From a bacterium (GTDB lineage Bacteria > Patescibacteriota > Patescibacteriia > UBA1558 > S5-K13): a DNA stretch of 43,187 bases. Shown here piece after piece: positions 1-9,171 of the stretch. Position 1 is the stretch's first letter, and every line of letters starts with the position of its first letter. The notes below the pieces were generated by a model that ran no database searches, was not told where the DNA came from, and saw only the letters and a list, made by a program, of their open reading frames with translations. The stretch covers positions 1 to 43,187 of the forward strand of contig JAKPTO010000043.1 of the NCBI GenBank assembly GCA_029555085.1. The letters run 5' to 3'. Position numbers and translations under genes: made by a program.

Positions 1-140
1 TAAATTTAAAAGCATAATAGAATTAAAAAAGGCTTTAAGACAATGGAATATTGATTATAATAATTTAGAACATTGTGCTCTAGGTGGATTAACTCCAAAT
101 GAGGAGTTAAAAAGAGTGCAAAATGTGTGTGCCTAAAACA
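1..140 (+). mobile_element. Right end of an insertion sequence, probably IS481 family (truncated by window start)
   Basis: Frame 2..136 reads KFKSIIELKKALRQWNIDYNNLEHCALGGLTPNEELKRVQNVCA*, matching the W..YN...H..LG..TP C-terminus of DDE/integrase-core transposases. The stop codon lies in a terminal sequence ending ...GCCTAAAACA (140), i.e. a 5'-TGT end typical of IS481. Confidence 0.7.
2..136 (+). CDS. Transposase C-terminal fragment (integrase core)
   Basis: Manual translation; YN..H..LG..TP motif. Not in the supplied ORF track because it has no start codon in the window. Confidence 0.7.
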   Translation, partial: KFKSIIELKKALRQWNIDYNNLEHCALGGLTPNEELKRVQNVCA

Positions 141-147
141 TAAATAT

Positions 148-176
148 TTTATAAAAAAACACTACTCTGCTATAAT
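148..176 (+). promoter_or_regulatory. Sigma70-type promoter with extended -10
   Basis: TTTATA(148-153)-N17-TATAAT(171-176) with TG at 168-169, 20 nt before the ATG at 197. Confidence 0.45.
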
Positions 177-196
177 TATTACATAATTTTAAATAA

Positions 197-643
197 ATGT
201 TTTTAACAACACATACAATAGCATCTCTTGCTACGCTAAAAATTAGCTCAAATCCAATAATACTTTTTGGATTAAATTTTTTGCTTCACTATATATTAGA
301 CAGCATTCCTCATGGTGATTGGGGCGCAATTAAAGGATTTAAAAATCTTATAGCAAATTATGCAATACTCTTTATATGCGATATATTTTTTGTTATAACT
401 ATATATTTTCTTTATACAAAATCAAATCCTGTTAATACTATAAATGTTTTATGTGCAATAACTGGCTCTATATTGCCTGATATATTGTGGGGAATGTATT
501 ATGTTACAAAGTTAAAATTTCTAAAAATATTTGTGAATATTAACTACTACGCACATCAAGTATTTGGAGTTCAGGAAGAACAAAAACTTTATTTTCTTAC
601 ACAAATATTGGTTATATTTATTTCTCTAATGATTATTTATTAA
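197..643 (+). CDS. Membrane protein, possible membrane-bound metal-dependent hydrolase (YdjM-like)
   Basis: About four hydrophobic segments; His/Asp pattern TTH...HYILDSIPHGD...LPD...H. Confidence 0.5.
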   Translation: MFLTTHTIASLATLKISSNPIILFGLNFLLHYILDSIPHGDWGAIKGFKNLIANYAILFICDIFFVITIYFLYTKSNPVNTINVLCAITGSILPDILWGMYYVTKLKFLKIFVNINYYAHQVFGVQEEQKLYFLTQILVIFISLMIIY

Positions 644-681
644 TATAAAAACAGACCGAAAATTCGATCTGTTTTTATATT
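642..681. terminator. Bidirectional intrinsic terminator
   Basis: AATATAAAAACAGACCGAA-AA-TTCGATCTGTTTTTATATT inverted repeat (one mismatch) between convergent genes, with A/T tracts on both sides. Confidence 0.8.
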
Positions 682-686
682 GAATT

Positions 687-866
687 TTACTTTAAAATTG
701 CTCCGACCGGGCAACTCGATATAATATCGTCAATATTGCAATCACACTTACAATCATCGCCACATGAACACTCTGCTTTTCCATCATCTCCCATTATAAA
801 ACAATCCCCGCACATTGCTACACATGTTCCACATGAAATACATTTTTCTTTATCTACTTTTGGCAT
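687..866 (-). CDS. Single-cluster ferredoxin with extra Cys-rich insert
   Basis: MPKVDKEKCISCGTCVAMC...CPVGAI gives CxxCxxC plus a distal CP. Likely start is ATG 866 rather than 890. Confidence 0.85.
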   Translation of the reverse strand: MPKVDKEKCISCGTCVAMCGDCFIMGDDGKAECSCGDDCKCDCNIDDIISSCPVGAILK

Positions 867-926
867 AAAATTTAAGTTAATAATTAACACTATAATATTA
901 AACTTTTTTCAGCTTTTGAGCAATGC

Positions 927-1568
927 CTAATCTTTAGCAATAACAATTGCCCAAATTTGATTCGCCCCATTTTGTTTCAAAACTTTTGCAATTTCATTTA
1001 CAGTAGCTCCTGTTGTATAAATATCATCTATAATTATAAAATTTTGATTTTTACAAATATCGCAATCAGATACAGTAAAAGAATCTTTTAAATTCAATAA
1101 GCGTTCTTCCCTATTTAATTTTGCTTGTTGCTTGGTATGTCTTGTTTTAGCTATTAAATTTGGTAAAAATTTGTAATTAAAGTGCTCTGAAAATTCTCTG
1201 GATAAAAGTTCTGCTTGATTATAACATCTTAAATTAAATCTTTTTTTGGACAATGGCGCACAAACCACAATTGGATTTAAAATTTTATTAAATTCACTCT
1301 CATATTTTTTTATAATGAGTTTTGAAAGCGGAAAACATAAATCGCTTATGTATTTATACTTATAAAAATGAACAATTTTTTTAATTAAAGCATTTTTATA
1401 TGACGCGCATATCAAAACTTTACTCACTGTTTCTGGAATCACCTTTTCTCCATTATAATCCTCTATTTTTGACAAACAATCTTCACAAAGCAAATAATCA
1501 TTTTTACCACAGCCAAGACATTCTAAGGGAAACAATATGTTTAAAATATAATTTATTAATTTTTTCAT
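927..1568 (-). CDS. comF: ComF family competence protein (zinc ribbon + phosphoribosyltransferase domain)
   Basis: LFPLECLGC...LCEDC zinc ribbon, RCYNQA, and the IIDDIYTTGAT PRTase motif. Confidence 0.9.
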   Translation of the reverse strand: MKKLINYILNILFPLECLGCGKNDYLLCEDCLSKIEDYNGEKVIPETVSKVLICASYKNALIKKIVHFYKYKYISDLCFPLSKLIIKKYESEFNKILNPIVVCAPLSKKRFNLRCYNQAELLSREFSEHFNYKFLPNLIAKTRHTKQQAKLNREERLLNLKDSFTVSDCDICKNQNFIIIDDIYTTGATVNEIAKVLKQNGANQIWAIVIAKD

Positions 1569-1587
1569 TCGCTTTTCTTTTAATAAT

Positions 1588-1610
1588 AAAAATCGCCTAA
1601 AGTTTGGCGA
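1588..1610 (-). terminator. Weak hairpin/terminator after clpC
   Basis: TCGCC-N8-GGCGA stem followed by a U tract on the minus strand. Confidence 0.35.
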
Positions 1611-1639
1611 CCATTATTAACTAAAACTTATCACAAGTC

Positions 1640-4150
1640 TTATAATTTTGCAATAATTATTTCATCTCCAGAAACATCAACATAAACGCTATCTCCCGGG
1701 TTTATTTTATCAGCCAAGACCTGATTTGCAATATTGTTCTCTATTTTATCAGAAATAAATCTTCTAATCGGTCTTGCTCCCATCTGAGGATTGAAAGAGT
1801 TTTTTGCTATAAATTTATAAACTGATGATTTTACAATTAAATTAATTCCACGCTCTTTCATTCTATCTATTAATTCTTTCATTTGCAGTTTTGCTATTTC
1901 ACTCATTGCATTTATATCAAGTGGTTTAAACACTAAAACTTTATCAATTCTATTTATAAATTCAGGATTAAAATAATCACTTAATGATTCAATAATTTTC
2001 TTCTCTAAATGTTCAAACTCTTCTGTTAAAAATTCCTTTTTTGTATCGTTGCTATCAACATCAAAACCAATTGACGCCTGCCTATTAAATTGTTCACTTC
2101 CTATATTTGAAGTCATTATTATTATTGTATTTTTGAAATTTATCATACGCCCCACAGCATCGACTAAATATCCCTCATCTAAAATTGGTAAAAGTAAATT
2201 GAAAATATCGGGATGAGCTTTTTCTATTTCATCAAATAAAATTATAGAATATGGTTTTATTCTGACCTGATCTGTAAATCTATTTGAATCCCTGTATCCA
2301 ACATAACCCGCCGGAGAACCAATTAATTTTGAAATATCAAATTTTTCAGAAAACTCAGACATATCAACTCTTATGAGGGCTTTTTCGTCGCCATAAATAT
2401 CACGAGCCAGTACTTTTGCCATTTCAGTTTTCCCTACTCCAGATGGACCTAAAAATATAAAAGAGGCAAGTGGTTTATTTGGATTTGAAAGTCCTGCTTT
2501 TGATTTTTTAATATATTGACTCACTGAACTTACAACTTCATCTTGGCCAATAATTTTTTTAGAAATTAAATTTTCTAAATTAACTAACTTTGATTTTTCT
2601 GACTGTAACAAATCTTCTACTGGAATATTTAATGACTTTGAAATAATTTCTGCAATATTTTTTTCTGTAATTTCTCCAAGTGGTTCAGTTTCCTTCTTAG
2701 CTTCTTTTAATTTATTTAATTCTTCTAAAATTTTATCTTCGTTTTGTTGAAAAACTATCGCTCTTTCATAATCGTCCTCTGAAATAGCTTTTTCTTTTTC
2801 TTTTATTGCAATATTTAAACTTGTCTTTAATTCAAATGTTTTTTTAACATTTACATCTTTGGAATGCTTTACTTTAAATTTTGAAGAGGCCTCATCTATT
2901 AAATCAATTGCTTTGTCTGGTAAAAATTTCTCTGGCATATATCTTTGACTTAAAGATATGGCAGATTTTATTGCAGAATCAGAAATTTTTATATTGTGAT
3001 ATTTTTCATAATGATCTCGAAGTCCTAAAATTATTTCCTCTGTTTCTTTCGCATTTGGTTCATCAATTAAAATTGACTGAAATCGCCTCTCAAATGCGGG
3101 ATCGCTTTCTATGTATTTTTTATATTCACTTACGGTTGTAGCTCCTATCACTTTTAAATCTCCCTTTGCGAGTTCTGGTTTTAACATATTCGCAGCATCA
3201 AGTTGTCCTCCTGACGCTCCCATACCAACAAGTGTATGAATTTCATCAATAAATAAAATCGTATCATCGTCATTTTTTGCATCATCAATAATTTTCTTGA
3301 GCCTTTTTTCAAACTCTCCCCTGTACATTGTACCTGATATTATTGCACCTAGATCAATTGCAATAATTTTTTTGTTTAATAAAACATCCGGAACATCAGC
3401 GCATAAAATTTTCTTAGCCAAACCCTCTACAATTGCAGTTTTTCCTACTCCGGGTTCGCCAAGTAAAATTGGATTATTTTTTGTGCGTCTGCATAAAATT
3501 TGAATCAATCTATCTATTTCTTTTTCTCTACCTATAACTGGATCAATTTTTTTCTGCGCATCGCTTGATGTTAATTCAATCGTAAATTGAACTGGATTTG
3601 AATCACTCACCATTCCTGTTCCAGACATCATTTTTTCTATTATGTTTAAATTGGACAAACTATCATCAATTATTTCTGCAAATTTATTTGCGCTCACAAG
3701 CACTCCTTCTATGGTTTTCAAAAATTCGGATTTATTAATTTTCATTTTTTTCAAAAACTCATCTATTTCAAAATTATCTAATTTAATAATTGCGCACAAT
3801 AAATGTTCTGTGCCAATATACTTATGCTTATACTGATACGCAATATTTACTGCTTTTTCAATTACTCTCTGACACTCCTCTGAAAATATAGGAATTTTTT
3901 TATTTTCTATATCTAAAAACGATTCAACTCCTAATTTTGTAACTTCTAGCTTTAAATTTTCTGAACTTATTCCAAAATCTTTCATAATCTGTCCTGCAAT
4001 ACAACCCCTTTCATTTGAAAGTTCATAAAAAATTTCCCAAATATTTATTTCGGATTGATTTAGTGTAATTGCTAAATCCTGCGCTCTTACAAGCACATTT
4101 TTTAACTTTTTTGAAAACTTTGCAAAAATGTTTTTTATATTTTCCTGCAT
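1640..4150 (-). CDS. clpC: ATP-dependent Clp protease ATP-binding subunit (ClpC type)
   Basis: Clp N-domain repeats (HKYIGTEHLL), two AAA+ modules (GEPGVGKT/FIDEIH; GPSGVGKT/LFDEIEK), short UVR-like middle domain. Confidence 0.9.
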   Translation of the reverse strand: MQENIKNIFAKFSKKLKNVLVRAQDLAITLNQSEINIWEIFYELSNERGCIAGQIMKDFGISSENLKLEVTKLGVESFLDIENKKIPIFSEECQRVIEKAVNIAYQYKHKYIGTEHLLCAIIKLDNFEIDEFLKKMKINKSEFLKTIEGVLVSANKFAEIIDDSLSNLNIIEKMMSGTGMVSDSNPVQFTIELTSSDAQKKIDPVIGREKEIDRLIQILCRRTKNNPILLGEPGVGKTAIVEGLAKKILCADVPDVLLNKKIIAIDLGAIISGTMYRGEFEKRLKKIIDDAKNDDDTILFIDEIHTLVGMGASGGQLDAANMLKPELAKGDLKVIGATTVSEYKKYIESDPAFERRFQSILIDEPNAKETEEIILGLRDHYEKYHNIKISDSAIKSAISLSQRYMPEKFLPDKAIDLIDEASSKFKVKHSKDVNVKKTFELKTSLNIAIKEKEKAISEDDYERAIVFQQNEDKILEELNKLKEAKKETEPLGEITEKNIAEIISKSLNIPVEDLLQSEKSKLVNLENLISKKIIGQDEVVSSVSQYIKKSKAGLSNPNKPLASFIFLGPSGVGKTEMAKVLARDIYGDEKALIRVDMSEFSEKFDISKLIGSPAGYVGYRDSNRFTDQVRIKPYSIILFDEIEKAHPDIFNLLLPILDEGYLVDAVGRMINFKNTIIIMTSNIGSEQFNRQASIGFDVDSNDTKKEFLTEEFEHLEKKIIESLSDYFNPEFINRIDKVLVFKPLDINAMSEIAKLQMKELIDRMKERGINLIVKSSVYKFIAKNSFNPQMGARPIRRFISDKIENNIANQVLADKINPGDSVYVDVSGDEIIIAKL

Positions 4151-4156
4151 AATATA

Positions 4157-4165
4157 ATTATATCA
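4157..4165 (-). promoter_or_regulatory. Extended -10 element 6 nt upstream of the clpC ATG (leaderless-type start)
   Basis: Minus strand reads TGA-TATAAT-TATATT-ATG. Confidence 0.5.
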
Positions 4166-4208
4166 TTGTAATATGTTATTCTAAAATATTTAAGATAAAT
4201 TGTAAATA

Positions 4209-4267
4209 TTGACAAAATACAAATTTATTTATAAGATACTATGATTTAAAAATCCAATACTAGGAGG
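4209..4267 (+). promoter_or_regulatory. Sigma70 promoter and strong Shine-Dalgarno site
   Basis: TTGACA(4209-4214)-N17-TAAGAT(4232-4237); AGGAGG at 4262-4267, 4 nt before ATG 4272. Confidence 0.7.
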
Positions 4268-4271
4268 AACA

Positions 4272-5435
4272 ATGAAACAAAAACAAAGAGATTATGGAAA
4301 GCTCTTGCGTCTAAAAAATCTCGTAACAGAGCTTGAGAGCCTTAGACCTCAAATTGATTATGGCGTGAATTGCGCAGGTACAATCCACCACATAATTCAA
4401 TACTTCATCAACGAGCTGAAGGTTATGGGGTTTAATTTAAAAGAGTTGCCATTAGCTCATGACTTAGGTCATGTGGTATATGACACAAAAAGCGCCATAT
4501 TACTCATGAATGACCCCAAAATTGGAAAATATGTAGCACCCCCTGATTTCATAGCTGGGATCATTGGTGGCATATTCCACGACTCTGGATTGTTGCTTGC
4601 TAACAAACCAGAATTTTGTCAAAAAATGTTCGGATTCAGGGCTGTTTCAAGATTTGAAGAAGCCGAAAAATTATTACGCCATGCTGAATCCGGAGCCATC
4701 CTGGCGGAAAAATTGCTGTCAAATATTGAGTTGGACACGGATCCTATAACGCAAGAATATATCAAAAAAATGATTGTCTACGTTATAGCTGCGCACACCA
4801 ACTACAAGCAACAAGTAGTGCAGGGATACACAATACAACCCTACAAAGACGCCTGGAGTGATGAATTGCCAATATACCCTGTAACCATCGCAAGGTGGTG
4901 CGACAGAATGGATCTTGTTGGCCCACATTACATCCTAAGGCACTTCTGCACACTTGCGCCAGAAATTCACACACACCTCACCATCAAAGATGGCAAGCAA
5001 CAATTTCGAGAAATTTCTCTCGAAAGCAGTATGGATCTATCTCTTGATGGCAACATGAGAGATCATGTACTAATGTACAAAAACTCTCAAAGTAATGATA
5101 GCCCCTATGGCAAATACGATTTACCTGGGATAATGATAGACTATAGAGAATATCAAAAACAAAGAACCCAGGAATGTCTAAATATCCTGGATCAAACAGG
5201 AGAGCCAGAAGAGGCAATGACAAGAAAAGAACTGTTCCAGTTGATCAAAGAAGCATCAATGTGTAACGAAGATGAAAATATTGATCATCTGGTTACAAAG
5301 TTCTTCAATATTCCTGATAAAAACAGGATTCCGTGGCTCAGAGCTTTTGCAAAAGCCAAAGAACTTATGGATAATCCTGAGTTCCCTGGGGAAGGACATG
5401 CACTAGCATTAGCAAAAAAGCTACTAGTGCGATAA
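4272..5435 (+). CDS. HD-domain metal-dependent phosphohydrolase-like protein
   Basis: Motif order HDLGH...FHDSG...RHAESGA...AAHT...CDRMD matches H...HD...H...H...D. Visibly more GC-rich than its neighbours. Confidence 0.65.
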   Translation: MKQKQRDYGKLLRLKNLVTELESLRPQIDYGVNCAGTIHHIIQYFINELKVMGFNLKELPLAHDLGHVVYDTKSAILLMNDPKIGKYVAPPDFIAGIIGGIFHDSGLLLANKPEFCQKMFGFRAVSRFEEAEKLLRHAESGAILAEKLLSNIELDTDPITQEYIKKMIVYVIAAHTNYKQQVVQGYTIQPYKDAWSDELPIYPVTIARWCDRMDLVGPHYILRHFCTLAPEIHTHLTIKDGKQQFREISLESSMDLSLDGNMRDHVLMYKNSQSNDSPYGKYDLPGIMIDYREYQKQRTQECLNILDQTGEPEEAMTRKELFQLIKEASMCNEDENIDHLVTKFFNIPDKNRIPWLRAFAKAKELMDNPEFPGEGHALALAKKLLVR

Positions 5436-5440
5436 TTTAT

Positions 5441-5483
5441 AAAAACACCGACTTGTGTAACGCGACTCGGTGTTTCTTTTTTT
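5441..5483. terminator. Intrinsic terminator between convergent genes
   Basis: AAACACCGA...TCGGTGTTT stem followed by a T tract and preceded by an A tract. Confidence 0.8.
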
Positions 5484-5498
5484 ATAAATTAAATTGAT

Positions 5499-6389
5499 CT
5501 ACACACTCATTTCTCTAAGTTTTTTTATCCTATCTTCAATTGGGGGATGTGTTGAAAATAATTTTGCGAAAGATTTTTTATTTATTCCAAATGGAGATGA
5601 GATAAATAAATGCGCAGTTGCTGTATTAACTTTTGTCATTCCAATTCCATCATTTTTTATTTTTTCAAGTGCATTTGCAAGTCCCTCTGGATAGCGGGTT
5701 AAGAGTGAAGCAGATGCATCTGCTAAATATTCTCTTTTTCGAGAAACTGCCAGTTGAATAAGATTTGCAAAAATTGGAGAAAGAATAGCTAAAATAATTC
5801 CAACAAGTACTAATAGTCCTCCACTTTTATTATCATCATTATCGCGTCCTCTAAAAAAACTTCCTCTTATAAAAAAATCCGCCATAAGTGATATTATCCC
5901 AACACAAATTATTACAACAGTCATAAGACGAATATCATAATTTTTTATATGACTCATTTCGTGTGCTATTACACCCTCTAATTCCTCATTCTCCAATTTA
6001 TTTATAGCTCCAGTTGTAACAGCAATACTAGAATGTTTAGGATCTCTTCCGCAAGCAAAAGCATTTATGGATTCATCATTCATGATATAAACCTGGGGCA
6101 TTGGATTCCCAGATGCAATACTTAAATTCTCCACCATTCTATAAACATAAGGATTTTCTTCTTTTGTTATTTGTTTTGCCCCAGATGCAAAAAGAGCGAC
6201 TTTATCGCCAGAATAATAACTCATCATACTCATTGCAATAGATATGATAATTGCAAGTATTAATCCAGAATATCCCCATTCAAAAAGATAAGAAAATAAA
6301 TATCCCAACGCTAATATAAATACAATAAAAAAAATTATTAACACGACTGTCTTTTTCTTATTGCTTGATATTTGATTGTATAAATTCAT
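5499..6389 (-). CDS. htpX: M48 family zinc metalloprotease HtpX
   Basis: NAFACG, HEMSH, SRKREYLAD and FSTHPP motifs; four TM segments. Confidence 0.92.
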   Translation of the reverse strand: MNLYNQISSNKKKTVVLIIFFIVFILALGYLFSYLFEWGYSGLILAIIISIAMSMMSYYSGDKVALFASGAKQITKEENPYVYRMVENLSIASGNPMPQVYIMNDESINAFACGRDPKHSSIAVTTGAINKLENEELEGVIAHEMSHIKNYDIRLMTVVIICVGIISLMADFFIRGSFFRGRDNDDNKSGGLLVLVGIILAILSPIFANLIQLAVSRKREYLADASASLLTRYPEGLANALEKIKNDGIGMTKVNTATAHLFISSPFGINKKSFAKLFSTHPPIEDRIKKLREMSV

Positions 6390-6400
6390 ATTGTTAAAAA

Positions 6401-7393
6401 TTAAATTAATCCAACGAGATTTTTAATTTCTTTCATGTTTTGTTCTGCGATGCTTTTAGCTTTTTCTCTTCCTTCTTCTAAAATCTTCAAAACCGATCCC
6501 TTGTCATTTTCCAATTCTCTCCTCTTTTCACGAATTGGTTCTAAATGTTTGTTTACGACATCCGCAAGAGCTGTCTTTAATTCCGAATATTTCAAAACTC
6601 TATTGTGGTAGTCAACATTGAATTTCTTTGCAATTTCTGGATCTGCTAGAAGTTCTAATATTGTAAATAAATTATCAACTCCTGGCGACATGTGAATAGA
6701 TTTTTGCGGACCTGTATCGGTAACCGACGACATAATCTTTTTTGTAATAGCATCTGGAGAATCATTTAACAGTAAACAACTTTTTTCACCCATTGATTTA
6801 CTCATTTTTCTATTTGGATCTTGAAGAGATCTTATTCTTGTTCCTTTAGTATAAATTGGATTGACTTTTTGAAAATACTCTCCAAATTTATTATTAAACT
6901 TTCGTAGTATTATATTAGTAAGTTCTAAATGTTGTGTTTGATCTTCTCCCACTGGAACAAATTCCGATTTATAAAGTAAAATATCTGCAACCATTAAAAC
7001 TGGATAATCCAAAAGACCCATATTTATATTTTTATCATTTTTTCTGGCCTTATCTTTATATTGAGTCATTCGTTCTAATTCTGAAACAGGAACTATTGTA
7101 TTTAAAATCCAACATAATACACTATGTTCTGGAACTTGGGACTGTAAAAATAAAATTGATTTTTGTGGATCGACACCAATTGATAACAAATCAATCGCAT
7201 TTGAGATAACCTTTTCTTGATATGATTTCACATCATAATCAATAGTCATTGCATGTAAATCAACAATTGAGTAAATACAATTATATTCTCCACTATTTTG
7301 TAAATCTACCCAATTTTTAAGCGCACCAAGATAATTTCCGAGGTGAAATTCCCCAGTTGGCTGAATTCCTGAAAATAATGTTTTTTTATCCAT
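6401..7393 (-). CDS. trpS: Tryptophan--tRNA ligase
   Basis: SGIQPTG..HLGNYLG (HIGH-like), VPVGEDQ, KMSKS. Confidence 0.97.
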   Translation of the reverse strand: MDKKTLFSGIQPTGEFHLGNYLGALKNWVDLQNSGEYNCIYSIVDLHAMTIDYDVKSYQEKVISNAIDLLSIGVDPQKSILFLQSQVPEHSVLCWILNTIVPVSELERMTQYKDKARKNDKNINMGLLDYPVLMVADILLYKSEFVPVGEDQTQHLELTNIILRKFNNKFGEYFQKVNPIYTKGTRIRSLQDPNRKMSKSMGEKSCLLLNDSPDAITKKIMSSVTDTGPQKSIHMSPGVDNLFTILELLADPEIAKKFNVDYHNRVLKYSELKTALADVVNKHLEPIREKRRELENDKGSVLKILEEGREKAKSIAEQNMKEIKNLVGLI

Positions 7394-7411
7394 ATTTTTA
7401 TATTATTTCAA

Positions 7412-9163
7412 TTACAATTTTCTGTCAAAATATTCATCTATAACTTCTAATGCTAATGGTTTAAAATTGTGAATACCCAACATTGCTCGCTCATCTCCTC
7501 TTTGTATTTTATTACTTGATAATATATCTGCTTTTTCCGTATAGGGTCTTACTGTGCTTGAATGTAGACGATGTTTTTGTTTAAAATTATGTAAAGCTAA
7601 AGTGGGATTTTGTTCTTTGTAATAAATAATTTTATTTGGCTTTTTTGCTTTATTTTCTCTGAAATAATTTTCCCAAAAATCCTCAGAGTTTATTGTGTCA
7701 GTTGCGTGTTTATAGTATAAACCATTATTCTTCAAAATAGTTTGTATTACTTCATCTAATCTAGATTCATAATCTTTGTAACCTAAATAAATTTCATGAG
7801 CATCTTTTATGTTTTTTAAAATATATGGATCTCGAGAAATCAAATCCAATAAATCCCCATCTTCTATATTTAACATTTCCCGCACTTTTTGTTTACTTTT
7901 TTCAAAAAAGTCCCTGGGTAAACCACTTCTATTATACTCCTCAAATTCTTTTATAATTTCATTAATATCTGAATTATCTATATTTATAATATTTTTTAAT
8001 ATTGCTACATTATTATCATCCACTATGGGATTTTGATTTTCATCTAATTCATATCTTGATCCAGTTTGTTTATCAACTTTTGCATTTTTTGGAATAAAAA
8101 CCAATCCACAATTAAGATCAATGCCTCTGTTTTCATTTGTCCAAACCCATACATCGTTCCAATAACCACCGCCACCATTTAAGATATTTCCATTATAATA
8201 ATATTGACTCGCAATAAGCGCCGATGGAAAACAGAAAAACACTTCATTAAACTTTTCCGATCCATAATAACAGTCAGCAACTTCTTCTGTTGCAAAATGA
8301 ATAGCATTAGAATCCGAATAACTGCCGGCATCTGACATTCTCTCTGGATCTAATTTATAATTTAAAGATTCTATAGCCTGCTCTTTACTTTCATATAAAT
8401 TTAGATATAAAAAATTTTCAATTGCTTGTTTTTTGTTTTCTTGTGATAGGTAGACCCCGAGCGGTGACTTTAATCTCCCATCTTCTAAAATTTCCATGAA
8501 ACCCCTAGAATAATCCCCTTCTCCCGCAGAATGAAACATGTGTCCTGTATGATCTCTTATTCCTTGTCTTGTAACATGAGTTACCATGTTACTTGGAAAT
8601 CTTTGCAATAAAATAATATAATCCTCAAGCGACACCTCTTTTAACTTATCTTCATTAAAATATTTTTCCATGGTTTCAAAATCATATCCACAATTTTGCC
8701 ACTTTTCCAACTCTCTTCTATGAAAATCTTCAGAGATAAACTTTGCTCCGCTTAAATCTAATAAATAATTAAGTTTATTTAATTCAATGGTTTTTATATT
8801 TTTATTTTCTTTAAGTTCCTCTATTTTGTTTTCCAAATCTTCAAATGTTTGTTTCCCTATTTCAAGTTCTGCTTTTACTTTTTTTATCTTTTGGTAATTT
8901 AATAATTTCTTGAAAAAAGTATTTGAAAAATAATTTATCTGATTTTGTAGTTCGCTTATACTATCCAACACTTCCTCTAATTTATTCTCTCTTTCAACAA
9001 TTTCATTGTTTAAATTATAAAAATCTATATCTTTTTTATCTTTTTCTTTTAGAGCATCAAAATATCTAGACCTATAACTTCTGATCTTCTTTGCTGTTTC
9101 ATTTCTTTCCTCCTGGAGATTGTCTTTAGAAAATTCTCTTAAAATTTTTGATTCTTTAGCCAT
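7412..9163 (-). CDS. Hypothetical protein: N-terminal coiled coil plus possible ADP-ribosyltransferase-like domain
   Basis: 583-aa ORF; heptad-rich N-terminus; THVT...ILEDGRLKSP...HFATEEVADCYYGSE pattern. The fold assignment is inference. Confidence 0.55.
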   Translation of the reverse strand: MAKESKILREFSKDNLQEERNETAKKIRSYRSRYFDALKEKDKKDIDFYNLNNEIVERENKLEEVLDSISELQNQINYFSNTFFKKLLNYQKIKKVKAELEIGKQTFEDLENKIEELKENKNIKTIELNKLNYLLDLSGAKFISEDFHRRELEKWQNCGYDFETMEKYFNEDKLKEVSLEDYIILLQRFPSNMVTHVTRQGIRDHTGHMFHSAGEGDYSRGFMEILEDGRLKSPLGVYLSQENKKQAIENFLYLNLYESKEQAIESLNYKLDPERMSDAGSYSDSNAIHFATEEVADCYYGSEKFNEVFFCFPSALIASQYYYNGNILNGGGGYWNDVWVWTNENRGIDLNCGLVFIPKNAKVDKQTGSRYELDENQNPIVDDNNVAILKNIINIDNSDINEIIKEFEEYNRSGLPRDFFEKSKQKVREMLNIEDGDLLDLISRDPYILKNIKDAHEIYLGYKDYESRLDEVIQTILKNNGLYYKHATDTINSEDFWENYFRENKAKKPNKIIYYKEQNPTLALHNFKQKHRLHSSTVRPYTEKADILSSNKIQRGDERAMLGIHNFKPLALEVIDEYFDRKL

Positions 9164-9171
9164 ATTATTAA

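Noticed and set aside
7394-7411. T-box leader for trpS
   Set aside because: Only 18 nt separate trpS from the upstream gene, leaving no room for one.
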